In this document: piece by piece, positions 29,705-40,634 of the stretch | How the letters are laid out: every line of letters begins with the position of its first letter | Numbering within the stretch: the stretch's first letter is position 1 | NCBI GenBank assembly: GCA_038243585.1 | Contig: JBBSQY010000028.1 | Span: 1-42,338 of the forward strand | Direction: 5' to 3' | Origin: Candidatus Sumerlaeales bacterium | Lineage (GTDB): Bacteria > Sumerlaeota > Sumerlaeia > Sumerlaeales > Sumerlaeaceae | Length of the DNA: 42,338 bases | The notes under the pieces: generated by a model | What the model was told of the DNA's origin: nothing | Database searches by the model: none | Seen by the model: only the letters and a program-made list of their open reading frames with translations | Made by a program: the position numbers and the translations under genes

Positions 29705-30643
29705 CTACTTGTCGCCCCCAGCAAGGAGGTAGAGGACGGCCATGCGGACTGCGATACCGTTTGTGACCTGTTCATTTATCGCTGAGTGTGGACCATCAGC
29801 GACCTCCTGGCTGATTTCAACGCCCCTGTTTACTGGTCCGGGATGCATAACCAGCACATCAGGCTTTGCCCACTTCAGGCGCTCGGCGTCCAGTCCGTAA
29901 AGCAACCGATACTCCCGGATACTTGGGAACAGATTTGCCCGCTGGCGTTCGAGTTGGATTCTTAGAAGATTAATGACATCGACACCGGCAATGCCAGATT
30001 TAAGCGAATGATGTATCTCGCATCCTAGCTTTTCATAATACCGGGGCACAAGTGTCGGAGGGCCAACGAGTCGCACTTTTGCGCCTAATTTCGTCAGCGC
30101 ATAAATGTTGCTTCGAGCCACGCGGCTGTGGAGAATGTCTCCGACAATAGCTACCGTAAGATTTTTGAGCGAGCCCTTTTTTTCGCGAATGGTGAACGTA
30201 TCCAGCAGCCCCTGCGTTGGGTGCTCGTGCGCACCGTCGCCCGCATTGATCACACTCATTTGCAGGCGTTCAGATAGCAGATGCGGGGCTCCTGGACAGG
30301 AATGCCGCATAATCACATAATCAACGCCCATTGCCTGTATGGTTCGCGCCGTATCAAGAAGAGACTCGCCCTTGGATACGCTGCTGGTAGAGACGTTAAA
30401 TCCCACTACATCTGCGGACAATCGCTTTGCGGCAAGCTCAAAGGAGGTGCGCGTTCGGGTGGAATTCTCAAAGAAGAGACTGCAGACGGTCTTTCCCAGG
30501 AGCGTCGGAACCTTTTTAACGCTGCGAGTAAAAACTGTCTTCATGGCCCCTGCGCTATCCAGAATTTGCAGTATTTCATCTGCTGTTAAATCCTCAAGAC
30601 CAAGCAGGTGCTTACGGTTTGTGAGAGTTGTCTTGTTCGTCAA
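29705..30643 (-). CDS. pyrB: Aspartate carbamoyltransferase catalytic subunit
   Basis: [37 protein letters not shown]. Confidence 0.96.
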   Translation of the reverse strand: MTNKTTLTNRKHLLGLEDLTADEILQILDSAGAMKTVFTRSVKKVPTLLGKTVCSLFFENSTRTRTSFELAAKRLSADVVGFNVSTSSVSKGESLLDTARTIQAMGVDYVIMRHSCPGAPHLLSERLQMSVINAGDGAHEHPTQGLLDTFTIREKKGSLKNLTVAIVGDILHSRVARSNIYALTKLGAKVRLVGPPTLVPRYYEKLGCEIHHSLKSGIAGVDVINLLRIQLERQRANLFPSIREYRLLYGLDAERLKWAKPDVLVMHPGPVNRGVEISQEVADGPHSAINEQVTNGIAVRMAVLYLLAGGDK

Positions 30644-30726
30644 GCGGTTTTGCCTTCAACAATTTATTTGTCACGTATGATGATTTCCGGAACGGATCAT
30701 TATGCCGATTTCATCGGATTCAAAGC

Positions 30727-30755
30727 AAAAAAAAAGCCGCCTTTCGGCGGCTTTT
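30727..30755 (-). terminator. Intrinsic terminator after the small lipoprotein genes
   Basis: Minus strand AAAAGCCGCC-GAAA-GGCGGC followed by 9 T. Confidence 0.9.
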
Positions 30756-30773
30756 CGTATGAGACCATCAGCG

Positions 30774-30992
30774 TCAATAATAGGTCCGGCAGGTGGCGAA
30801 ATCAGCGCCGTTGTAGGAATCGGCGGGAGCATAGGGTTGTCTTACGGATGGACCGCAAGTTCCATTGCCTCCGCTACATCCGCCCAAGGCAGGAGGCGGT
30901 GGAACCGCGCAGCCAGGAGCTACATAGCGCTGAGTGGCGCAGCCAAAAAGGCTAACCGACGCCAACCCAACCAGAAGTAATTTGACTACCAA
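30774..30992 (-). CDS. Small Cys/Pro/Gly-rich lipoprotein (72 aa)
   Basis: TTG start 2 nt after the upstream stop gives MVVKLLLVGLASVSLFGC (lipobox LFGC); terminator follows 18 nt after the stop. Confidence 0.65.
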   Translation of the reverse strand: MVVKLLLVGLASVSLFGCATQRYVAPGCAVPPPPALGGCSGGNGTCGPSVRQPYAPADSYNGADFATCRTYY

Positions 30993-30994
30993 TT

Positions 30995-31183
30995 TTAGTA
31001 CTGACCGACTGGCGCGCATGTTGGCGTGCAAGGTGCAGCTGGTGTGCAGCTAGCGCCGCAAATGCGAGCTGGTGAGTAGTCGTACAACGGATACGGGTAG
31101 CATTTCGTGCTAGCCGTCTGGCAGCAAGCCGCCAAAACTGTTGCAGCTGCTACAGCAAGAAAACCAAGTTTCACAAACTTCAT
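30995..31183 (-). CDS. Small Cys/Pro-rich lipoprotein (62 aa)
   Basis: GGAGGT RBS 7 nt before ATG 31183; MKFVKLGFLAVAAATVLAAC (lipobox LAAC); 7 Cys in the mature part. Confidence 0.8.
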   Translation of the reverse strand: MKFVKLGFLAVAAATVLAACCQTASTKCYPYPLYDYSPARICGASCTPAAPCTPTCAPVGQY

Positions 31184-31404
31184 GTGATTTACCTCCAAAG
31201 ATATTTTTGTTAACCTCGGGGACGAATTCGTTGTCCAAGGGATTGGAAATCAAGGGAAAAACGACCTTAAACGAAAAATGTTTTGCGAATCGGGAACCTT
31301 TCTAAAGGTTGTCAGGCTGTCAGACTAGACAGTGGCTCTTGTAACCTTTTATATCTCTCTGACATTTGCCTCTGATTCCACACTTCCGGTCGAAAACCGG
31401 ATAT

Positions 31405-31443
31405 AAAAAAACGACTTTCATAGGTGCTTACTATGAAAGTCGT
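31405..31443 (-). terminator. Intrinsic terminator of pfp
   Basis: 13-bp perfect stem ACGACTTTCATAG/CTATGAAAGTCGT, 7-nt loop, T-tract on the minus strand. Confidence 0.85.
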
Positions 31444-31473
31444 CTTGAGAAAGAGGATGCCTGCTTTAAATAC

Positions 31474-33123
31474 TTACGCGCTTCTCTCGTGCATTAGAGT
31501 GAGGGTTCGTGCATCAGCCAACTCGGCAGGGCCATAATATTGAATGGGCCCAACGAAATGGTAGGCATCGTTCACGACCCAGCTGGCCCGATCGGTTGCG
31601 AATGCGAGAAATGGTTTCCCATTCAGTTCCACCAGCGCCTTCTTAATTACAGGCTTCATTTTCCCTTTTCGCAGTTCCATGTTCAGCATGGACGTGACAG
31701 GAATTCCCCCCATAACCCATTCTTCCGCCGGCGCCAGCATGTTTTGGCCGTATACAGTATAACCCGTAAGTCCTGCGGCTATCAGATGGGCCGCTGAGTA
31801 TCCAAGGGAATAGCAGTAATCTGCGTCGAAGTTAGATGGAGAAACGCATCGGCCCTCGTATCCAAAGAAGTGATGCAGGGGCAAAAAGCTGCTTTTGAAT
31901 TTACCCTGCATACGTAACTCGTTGAGCCGCAGCTTGACAAGATCTACCAGCAAAAGGTCTGTCTCTATTTGGCTTACGGGTATATTCCCGTGATGGTCAG
32001 GCTTTAATAAAGTCTGCTGGATGCTGTCCGGAAGAGTGGAATACACATGGGAGGATTCGTTGGACAGCTTCATGTTCACGAATTGGCGCTTATCCTCATC
32101 AGACGTGTATGAGTTAAGCAATTCCTCATTCTCATGAAAGAGAACGCTCAGTTCTTTCAGAAGCACTTTGAAATCCGACAGAAACTCGAGCAGGCCTTCC
32201 GGGATCACAATGACACCATAATTCTTTCCGGCCTCTGCGCGGCGAACCACCACGTCAACAATCTGCTCCACCACATCATTAAGTGTCAGATTAAGGGCTT
32301 CAACCTCTTCGCTGATTATGGTAAGGTTGGGTCTCGTCTGCAACGCCACTTCCAATGCCACATGGCTGGCTGCCCGTCCCATCAACTTAATAATGTGCGT
32401 ATACTTGCGTGCAGATTTAGCGTCGCGCGCGACATTGGCCACCAAACCGGCATACGTTTTCGCGGCGGTATCGAACCCAAATGATGTTTCGATGATTTCA
32501 CTACGCATGTCACCGTCGATGGTTTTTGGCAGCCCGATGACTTGTATCCCAGCGTCGCGAGACTTTAACTCCTCAGCCAGGATTGCGGCGTTCGTATTGG
32601 AGTCGTCTCCTCCAATAACTACAAGAGCCTGCGCACCCAGGTAACTAAGCGCGCGAACGCAGCGGTCGATATCTTCTGATGATTCAATTTTATCACGCCC
32701 GCTGCCGATCATGTCGAAGCCGCCCGTGTTGCGATATTGATCTATCAGCTCGCTGGTTAGTTCTATCTGATTGCCTTCTATAACGCCTATAGGACCATTC
32801 AAAAAGCCGATCAAGCGACTCTCGGAATGCATTTTTTTGACTGCATCGAAGAGGCCTGCGATAGCATTATGGCCGCCAGGCGCCGGGCCACCAGATAGCA
32901 CCACTCCGACAGTAATAGGCTTTGGAGCTGTCGACGGACTCCCGGAAACAAGTCTTACGGTTTTCAATCCAGAAGTGTTCGGAAACAGCTTTTGTATCTC
33001 GAGATCAGGAGCCTTTGATGACGAGTCAACAGGTTGTACATCGATGTTGCCTTGTAACGCGAATGGCAACCGGGGCTTATAGCTGACCCTTTCGTTATGA
33101 AAGGGAGGGAATTTGTCGTTCAT
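31474..33123 (-). CDS. pfp: Pyrophosphate-dependent phosphofructokinase (long type)
   Basis: SGGPAPGG, GGDDSNTNA, PKTIDGD, MGR, IPEG, GYEGR; 549 aa. Confidence 0.92.
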   Translation of the reverse strand: MNDKFPPFHNERVSYKPRLPFALQGNIDVQPVDSSSKAPDLEIQKLFPNTSGLKTVRLVSGSPSTAPKPITVGVVLSGGPAPGGHNAIAGLFDAVKKMHSESRLIGFLNGPIGVIEGNQIELTSELIDQYRNTGGFDMIGSGRDKIESSEDIDRCVRALSYLGAQALVVIGGDDSNTNAAILAEELKSRDAGIQVIGLPKTIDGDMRSEIIETSFGFDTAAKTYAGLVANVARDAKSARKYTHIIKLMGRAASHVALEVALQTRPNLTIISEEVEALNLTLNDVVEQIVDVVVRRAEAGKNYGVIVIPEGLLEFLSDFKVLLKELSVLFHENEELLNSYTSDEDKRQFVNMKLSNESSHVYSTLPDSIQQTLLKPDHHGNIPVSQIETDLLLVDLVKLRLNELRMQGKFKSSFLPLHHFFGYEGRCVSPSNFDADYCYSLGYSAAHLIAAGLTGYTVYGQNMLAPAEEWVMGGIPVTSMLNMELRKGKMKPVIKKALVELNGKPFLAFATDRASWVVNDAYHFVGPIQYYGPAELADARTLTLMHERSA

Positions 33124-33192
33124 TGTAGTCCTTGTTTGCGCGGTAAAAGCAGATTAGAATGCAAAATGTGGAAAATAGGCGAGACGCCTGTG

Positions 33193-33951
33193 TTACTTTT
33201 TGAAATTCACGATACCAGCGAAAGATTCCGCATTGAGAGCGGCTCCGCCTACCAGAGCTCCGTCGATATCTTGTTGAGCCATTAATTCCTGGACGTTTTC
33301 AGGTTTCACACTGCCACCATACTGAATGCGCACAGCTTCGGCAGTGGAGGAGTCGTAAAGATCAGTCAGAAGCTTACGAATGAGGGCGTGTACTTCCTGC
33401 GCCTGTTCCTTGCTGGCGGTCTTCCCGGTTCCAATGGCCCAGACTGGTTCATATGCGATCACCGAAACAGCAATTTTATCCGCAGGTAAATCTGCCAGGC
33501 ACCCTTTAATCTGCTGTGTAATCACGTCTGCGGTTTTCTCGGATTCTCGCTCTTCCAAAGTCTCGCCAACGCAAATGATGGGCGTCAGGCCATGTTTATA
33601 AATGGCTTTGGCTTTGGCATTAATGTCTTTGTCTGTTTCATTAAAGTACTGCCGGCGTTCTGAGTGGCCGACGATCACATATTCAACGCCGGCTTCTTTG
33701 AGCATGGCAACGGAAATTTCTCCGGTGTAGGCGCCGGATTCCTCGAAGTGGCAATTTTGCGCTCCGATTTTAATTTCAGAGCCTTTTACGGCTTCAACTG
33801 CGGAATCCAGAGAAGTGTAGACGGGACATATAACTACCTCTACATCTGTTGAACTGCCGGCAGCGGCGACGAGAGCCTTTGCCAGTTCCGCGGATTCCGC
33901 GCGATTTTTATGCATCTTCCAGTTGCCGGCCATAATGGGCTTACGTGCCAT
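33193..33951 (-). CDS. tpiA: Triosephosphate isomerase
   Basis: AGNWKM, GHSERR, AYEPVWAIGTG, YGGSV, LVGGA. Confidence 0.97.
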   Translation of the reverse strand: MARKPIMAGNWKMHKNRAESAELAKALVAAAGSSTDVEVVICPVYTSLDSAVEAVKGSEIKIGAQNCHFEESGAYTGEISVAMLKEAGVEYVIVGHSERRQYFNETDKDINAKAKAIYKHGLTPIICVGETLEERESEKTADVITQQIKGCLADLPADKIAVSVIAYEPVWAIGTGKTASKEQAQEVHALIRKLLTDLYDSSTAEAVRIQYGGSVKPENVQELMAQQDIDGALVGGAALNAESFAGIVNFKK

Positions 33952-33991
33952 GGGTTCAGGTTCCTTATGTGAAAAGTATAGTTAAGGCGTT

Positions 33992-34027
33992 AAAAAAGCG
34001 GAGCCGAAAAACTTCCGGCCCCGCTTT
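33992..34027 (-). terminator. Probable intrinsic terminator between gap and tpiA
   Basis: Minus strand GCGGGGCCGGAA..TTTCGGCTCCGC stem (two G:U pairs) followed by 6 T. Confidence 0.7.
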
Positions 34028-34067
34028 GTGTACTAATGAGATTGCTACAGATTCGCCGCGGCGAATT

Positions 34068-35096
<1,029 letters not shown>

Positions 35097-35321
35097 TTAC
35101 TCTTCTGGCTTTTAACTATAACCGCAACTGATACACCAGTTTCCAAAACCCATTGAAACATTTTTTTCGCGGAGCATTCAGATACAAGGCTGCGACTCTA
35201 CGCGTGTACAAATGAAAAGGGTGTCGCGGGAATGCGACCAACAGTTCACTGTTGTTGTCTGTAAGCTGATTAAACAGGCGTCTCGGCGCGGGTGACTGTC
35301 CGATGGAAGGAGCTGGATCAA

Positions 35322-36416
35322 ATGCTTTACCGGTATACTAAATGGGATGAGCGCCTGACGCGTCAGATGACAATGAAAAGCCTTTCAAAGCTTTTCACGC
35401 ATCTGCTTACGCAATCCAGCGGCGACGTGGAGAAGGCCCTGGACTGGATGGAATATCTCGGCGAAAAGTATGGTTTTTTTAACGATGATATCACTATCGA
35501 AGATTTTAAAAAGTTCCTGAAAGAGGAACAGCTTGTCCGGACGAACGACAAAACACAGCAGTTTGAGCTGACGTCCCGGGGGGAGCAGAAAATTCGCTCG
35601 GATGCATTTGAGGAGATATTTTCCTCACTTAAGCGGGACAATCTAGGTGGCGGGCATCGTGTTTCTAATACCGGAGCCGGGGGCGAGATCCTGCCAGAGA
35701 CTCGAAAGTTCGAGTTCGGCGATATGGTAAACGATATCGATTATACTCGATCCATTCAAAACGCCATTCGCAATCACGGCCTTGAATCGTTTGACTTTAC
35801 CCAGGACGATGTGGAGGTACATCAGCGAGAGCAGAGCACCTCCTGCGCCACGATGCTGCTCGTGGACATCAGCCACAGCATGATCCTGTATGGGGAAGAC
35901 CGGATTACGCCCGCGAAAAAAGTCGCGATGGCGCTGACCGAATTCATCCAGACCCGCTACCCTAAGGACAGCCTTGACGTGGCCGTTTTTGGTGACGATG
36001 CTCAGGTTGTATCGCAGCGCGACCTGCCATTCATATCGGTTGGGCCATTTCATACTAATACTAAGGCAGGTCTGGAGCTGGCCACAAAGGTCCTGTCATC
36101 CCGGAAACACGTGAACAAGCAGATCTTCATGATTACCGACGGCAAGCCCAGTGCGATTTTTGAAGGCGGCTTTCTCTACAAAAACCCTTTCGGACTGGAT
36201 CCAAAGATTGTAAACCAGACGATTAATGCTGCGGTGCAATGTCGTCGGAAGGGGATCGTAATAACCACCTTTATGATCACCAGCGATCCCTATCTGAAAG
36301 ATTTTGTGGATAAGTTGACACTGGCAAACAAAGGCCGCGCGTACTATGCGAATCTGGATAACCTTGGCTCTTTTATTTTCACGGATTATCTAAAAAACCG
36401 GAAAAAGACTATATGA
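35322..36416 (+). CDS. VWA (von Willebrand A) domain protein
   Basis: MIDAS DISHS, T, TDG; start taken as ATG 35322 with upstream GGAG (ORF track gives 35292). Confidence 0.85.
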   Translation: MLYRYTKWDERLTRQMTMKSLSKLFTHLLTQSSGDVEKALDWMEYLGEKYGFFNDDITIEDFKKFLKEEQLVRTNDKTQQFELTSRGEQKIRSDAFEEIFSSLKRDNLGGGHRVSNTGAGGEILPETRKFEFGDMVNDIDYTRSIQNAIRNHGLESFDFTQDDVEVHQREQSTSCATMLLVDISHSMILYGEDRITPAKKVAMALTEFIQTRYPKDSLDVAVFGDDAQVVSQRDLPFISVGPFHTNTKAGLELATKVLSSRKHVNKQIFMITDGKPSAIFEGGFLYKNPFGLDPKIVNQTINAAVQCRRKGIVITTFMITSDPYLKDFVDKLTLANKGRAYYANLDNLGSFIFTDYLKNRKKTI

Positions 36417-36537
36417 AGCTCCATAATGGCGCTTTTCACGCTGCGGAAACCCGTAAGGTTTTTTTGTATTGCCTGAAACTTTCAGAGCCATTGATGTCTG
36501 CAATACTTTAGGTATGATAGATCTGCGCTCAGGAAAA

Positions 36538-38145
36538 ATGAAAACTTTAGCCGGTTGCTGGCCCCTCTTGCCGGGCCTGATTGCTCTTGCGGTTTGCAGT
36601 CACGGGGAGTCCTATGCGGCGGACTTGTTTGTAAAGTCATCAGTCAACCTGCCTGAAAGCACCACCGCTTTTGAAGTTACCCATGATCTTGACGGCGACG
36701 GATTCAACGACGCTTTCGCTGTTTACCAGCGGCGTATCATGGTATTTTTCCAAACACCGCACGGGGCCTTTCCGTCCGCTCCGGACATCGAAATCGGTGG
36801 CGAACAGCCTATCCCTGATAAATACGCTGCGGTCGCCATTGGAAAAGTCTCGTTGGAATCGGGGCGCCAGCTTCTTTTGATCGGTTCTACCGGTGTCGAC
36901 TACATCAGTTTTGCTGCGCTGAAAGCAGGCGGGGTAGGTCCGGTTGAGCCCCGCAACCTGATCTCCAGCCCTCTATCTATTTCGACACAGCCCGAACTGG
37001 TCTATCTAAACTGCGCCATTGATATGGACGGCGATGGCACACCGGAAGTTGTGTTACCCGAAGAAGAAACTCTGGCTGTTTATTCTTCTGCGGACGGTGC
37101 CCCATTTGTGCGCTCGGCCACCATTAGCCTCCCGATGAAATCTCAGCAGGAAACCAGCCTGGACAGTGAGCCGCTGTTGCTGGGTAGTTCCTTTTTCAGT
37201 CAGCCCGGTTCCGGCGGAAACGTGCAGTTACTGCCGGAAGAGGGCTTGTGGCATAGCGTGAGATATTCTACTACCCGCTATTGCGAACCCTTGCTAGTAA
37301 CCGATTATAATGTAGATCGCCGTACAGATTTCCTGGGCTCTGGCCTTATAAAAATGCAAAACAGTGAAGGAGAGTTCGATCAGCGAGCTTCCAGCGTCTA
37401 TCAGAAAATTGTAACGGCCATGGTTCCTCATGAGTCTCGCAACATTCTTGTTCCCTCGCCAAACCTTGCGGATTTCAACGATGACAAAGTCTGGGATACC
37501 TACTCCGTAGACGTAACCACCGCAAAGCTAAGCCCCCGCACAGACGTTTCTGTCTACCTTGGCAACGACGCCCGAAGCTTTTCCCAAGAGCCGACCCAGG
37601 TTTTGAGAACCCGAGACTTTGCCTATAGCGACGCCATTCCCGTTGGAGACATTAACAACGATGGTGCTCAGGACATTGCCCTGTTCCATTTGGATTTCCA
37701 GCCGTCCAGCATGCAGTCTCAGCTAAAGGCGTATTTGCGCAACGGCCTTGAAGGCGACCTTCGGTTTTACCTATGGGATAAAAAATTAAACAGATACCCC
37801 GATTCGCCGTCGTTCAGGCACCCGGTCACTGTTAGCTATGAAATCTACGGGGCACGACAGTTTTTTCGGCAGCAGGTGACCATTAATCAAGACGTAACCG
37901 GCGATGGCCTGCCTGATCTGGTGCTTAAGACAGGCGGAATGGAATTCTCAGTTTATGAGAACCTTCAGGGAAAGGGTTTCAGCCGGTCCCCGGTCGCTGT
38001 GGTGTCGACAGCCCCAACGCGGTTTTCATCTTTGCAGACTGTCGATCTAAACGGCGATGGCCTAAGCGACGTGGTAGTATCCGGTTACCTGGAAGAGCAG
38101 GATGACCGGGTTATCTATTCGCTATTTACCAGCCGCAAACCGTGA
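36538..38145 (+). CDS. Secreted FG-GAP/VCBS-repeat (beta-propeller) protein
   Basis: Repeated DxDGDGxxD-type loops (DLDGDGFND, DMDGDGTPE, DFNDDKVWD, DINNDGAQD, DVTGDGLPD, DLNGDGLSD); signal-like N-terminus from ATG 36538 with AGGA RBS. Confidence 0.85.
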   Translation: MKTLAGCWPLLPGLIALAVCSHGESYAADLFVKSSVNLPESTTAFEVTHDLDGDGFNDAFAVYQRRIMVFFQTPHGAFPSAPDIEIGGEQPIPDKYAAVAIGKVSLESGRQLLLIGSTGVDYISFAALKAGGVGPVEPRNLISSPLSISTQPELVYLNCAIDMDGDGTPEVVLPEEETLAVYSSADGAPFVRSATISLPMKSQQETSLDSEPLLLGSSFFSQPGSGGNVQLLPEEGLWHSVRYSTTRYCEPLLVTDYNVDRRTDFLGSGLIKMQNSEGEFDQRASSVYQKIVTAMVPHESRNILVPSPNLADFNDDKVWDTYSVDVTTAKLSPRTDVSVYLGNDARSFSQEPTQVLRTRDFAYSDAIPVGDINNDGAQDIALFHLDFQPSSMQSQLKAYLRNGLEGDLRFYLWDKKLNRYPDSPSFRHPVTVSYEIYGARQFFRQQVTINQDVTGDGLPDLVLKTGGMEFSVYENLQGKGFSRSPVAVVSTAPTRFSSLQTVDLNGDGLSDVVVSGYLEEQDDRVIYSLFTSRKP

Positions 38146-38233
38146 CAGGTTAGCATAGCTCTCACAGGCGTTCCTGTCGGCATTTATACAGCACTGTTAA
38201 ACGGTATTATCATTCACACTTCGAGGTTACGCA

Positions 38234-40471
38234 TTGAACCCCCCTTCATCTGATTCATCCGCCCTGGCAAAGGCTTTTGCCTCATGTTCACTCTTTCCTC
38301 AACTTGGATTATGCAAACTGGATTGCGGAGCGGCTGACGAAACTGTCGTTCATCAATTATTGCGGTTCCTTTCAGAGGCGGCGACGAGTGCGGAAATTGG
38401 CGGATCCACGGACGACTCAATAACTGATCATGGGGTTAATCGGGTCCAAGATTCGGCCGTTCAATGGCGCAGGGCAGGCCTGACGAAGATTTTCCCTCTA
38501 TATATAGAGGCTCTTACTGTATCTGCCGCTGTGACTCCGGCAGCCGACGAGGTTGTTCCTATTGCCATGCAGTTTCCCGGTACTTACTCCATTTCTGAAA
38601 GCGTCGTTACGCCGGAGAGCCATGATTTTTTTGAGAAAAATCAGGAATTATGGACGGCATGGGTACGAGAGCGAGTTGCCTCGGGCTTTGACGGCGGGCT
38701 TTCCTACAACGTGCTTGAAGTCCCCGGCGATGCTTTGCGCGCAGACGAAATAGACGTGCGCCCGCTTACGCTTCATGCCATTTCCGAAGACGGCAGGGGA
38801 GTAGACCGTGGCGACGCTGCCGCCCAGGCGGCCATCGCAAACGCTTTCTGGCAAACCTTTTGGGCCACCGGTGCCACGCGCGCAGAACGGGGCAGCGTAT
38901 TCCCCATCGCCTTCTTGCCTGTGGACAGGTCCAGCGCCTTTGAGTTTGCTGAACCTTTTCACGAGCGGTATGTTTCGCTGCGGCGGCGTCTGTTCGGACG
39001 CTCCGCCATAGTGGGCTATGCCCTGGAAGCGCTGACGGCGCGGCGTGCGCTTTTATTTGATGCCGATAAGTGTCGATTTAAGATAGCTTCAAATTTCGAT
39101 GCTGCGGAGGCGGGCGTGGCTTCATCGGATGTCCTGTTGGCCGTGGGAGAAATGAATCGAACAGGTTTTGTCGACGCTTATACGGGCGGAAACACCGAAG
39201 CTTTTAAGGCCTGGGCCGACCAGGAAAGCCGAGGCGTTTCAGGCGCACCATGGCCGTATGCTGGGTCAGACTGGAATCAAAAGGTCAAGGCGGCTGGCCA
39301 TGGAACAGAGGATTTTCTGGCTGATATCCGCGCCGGCGCCGGCGACAAACTGGAAGTCATTCGCCGCGTTGTACCTTTTGCCGGATGTGCTTACCTTTAC
39401 CAGGTGATGCTGGAGACAGAGACGTTGAAGTCTCGAGGGAAAATTCAAGGTCTGGACGGGGAGCTTCTCGGTGGCACCAATTCTACATTTTTCCTGAACT
39501 TTCCAGAGGAATACAGTGCCCTGCACAGTGCCATGAACGAACCCGTATCTCTGCTGGTGGAGGACGGAAAGACCCGACAGATCAAGACGTTCAAGCGGGC
39601 GGCTTTTGTCCTTAGCCAGGCGGGGGAAGCGTTTATCACGACCCGCGTAGGCAACCGCCTTAACTCGGATGTACTGGTTTTCGAAGGAGAGAGCGCCTCA
39701 ACCAATTATTTCGATAAGGCTCATAAGTCATTTCGCGAGAACAAGTTTGGCCCACTTTTTTTCGGGGCCGCCGTTGTGGGAAATTCCATCGTTGAGACAT
39801 TTGAGGAGATCGCAGTTGAAGTGCCACCCGCCGGTTGGTTGACCGGTGACAGCGAAGCCTTTGGCGGGCGCATCGAACCCACCGATGCCGTAGACGTGCT
39901 GGTGCGGCGGCCGGGAGAACTCGCCGAGGTACCGGTCCGCCATGCTTTTGCCATTGGTCCCCTCCTTATGGAAGACGGCGAAATCGTTCCGCTGGAGAAG
40001 AGCCGTGAGGAATTTAAATCCATCGAAATGAACAAGCCTCTTACCTTTGAGGAAACGAGCGTGCTGTCGCGGACGATGATGCCGGACGCGCTGTTGGATT
40101 GTCCGGTTCGGGGCGTTCCTCCTACGCGGTTTCCCTATGACTGGAACGTCACCCGCGCGCCGCGTTCGGCCATCGGCGTTAAGGAGGACGGGAGCGTTGT
40201 CGTGGTGGTTGTGGATGGGCGGGCCGATGTCGCTCATAGTGTGGGTGCCACACTGGCCGAACTGGCGGTCATCATGAAATCCATAGGCTGCCGCGACGCC
40301 ATGAACATGGACGGCGGCGGGAGCAGCGTAATGTTCGTAAACGCTCCGGAAGCTCGGGACGCGAAGCTACGCCCTGATTTGCGGGATGGCATCGTAAGCC
40401 TGCCCAGTGATATGGGCGGGGTAGAGCGTCTGTTGCCGGTGCCGCTGGTGGTGTGTCGGCGGAATAAGTAG
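38234..40471 (+). CDS. Phosphodiester glycosidase (NAGPA/DUF2233) domain protein with long unknown N-terminus
   Basis: C-terminal GPLL, PRSAIG, VDGR, GATL.ELA, AMNMDGGGSS; start uncertain. Confidence 0.78.
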   Translation: MNPPSSDSSALAKAFASCSLFPQLGLCKLDCGAADETVVHQLLRFLSEAATSAEIGGSTDDSITDHGVNRVQDSAVQWRRAGLTKIFPLYIEALTVSAAVTPAADEVVPIAMQFPGTYSISESVVTPESHDFFEKNQELWTAWVRERVASGFDGGLSYNVLEVPGDALRADEIDVRPLTLHAISEDGRGVDRGDAAAQAAIANAFWQTFWATGATRAERGSVFPIAFLPVDRSSAFEFAEPFHERYVSLRRRLFGRSAIVGYALEALTARRALLFDADKCRFKIASNFDAAEAGVASSDVLLAVGEMNRTGFVDAYTGGNTEAFKAWADQESRGVSGAPWPYAGSDWNQKVKAAGHGTEDFLADIRAGAGDKLEVIRRVVPFAGCAYLYQVMLETETLKSRGKIQGLDGELLGGTNSTFFLNFPEEYSALHSAMNEPVSLLVEDGKTRQIKTFKRAAFVLSQAGEAFITTRVGNRLNSDVLVFEGESASTNYFDKAHKSFRENKFGPLFFGAAVVGNSIVETFEEIAVEVPPAGWLTGDSEAFGGRIEPTDAVDVLVRRPGELAEVPVRHAFAIGPLLMEDGEIVPLEKSREEFKSIEMNKPLTFEETSVLSRTMMPDALLDCPVRGVPPTRFPYDWNVTRAPRSAIGVKEDGSVVVVVVDGRADVAHSVGATLAELAVIMKSIGCRDAMNMDGGGSSVMFVNAPEARDAKLRPDLRDGIVSLPSDMGGVERLLPVPLVVCRRNK

Positions 40472-40634
40472 ATAAATTAAGGCGTTAAATAATTTGAATA
40501 CGGTTTATGGCGTACAGAAAGCTCGTTAGTAGTGCGAGGCAGCAAGTTGGTGTACCGACATTGGAGATCGCAGACCCAGATGTGATGCTGTTAAGTCTTG
40601 GCGGTTATGTGAACTTATAGAGGTTTTCTTTTTC

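Noticed and set aside
30644..30773. pyrB attenuator (pyrL- or PyrR-type)
   Set aside because: The terminator sits 18 nt after the lipoprotein stop and is more simply its terminator; no PyrR-binding loop or antiterminator recognised, though read-through control cannot be excluded
30774..31183. Ranthipeptide/sactipeptide precursors for the radical SAM enzyme
   Set aside because: They carry lipoprotein signals, no maturase or transporter is adjacent, and the radical SAM 30 kb away lacks SPASM/RRE features and is repair-type
36305..36313. DnaA box TGTGGATAA suggesting oriC
   Set aside because: Single copy inside a coding sequence; no box cluster, unwinding element or dnaA nearby
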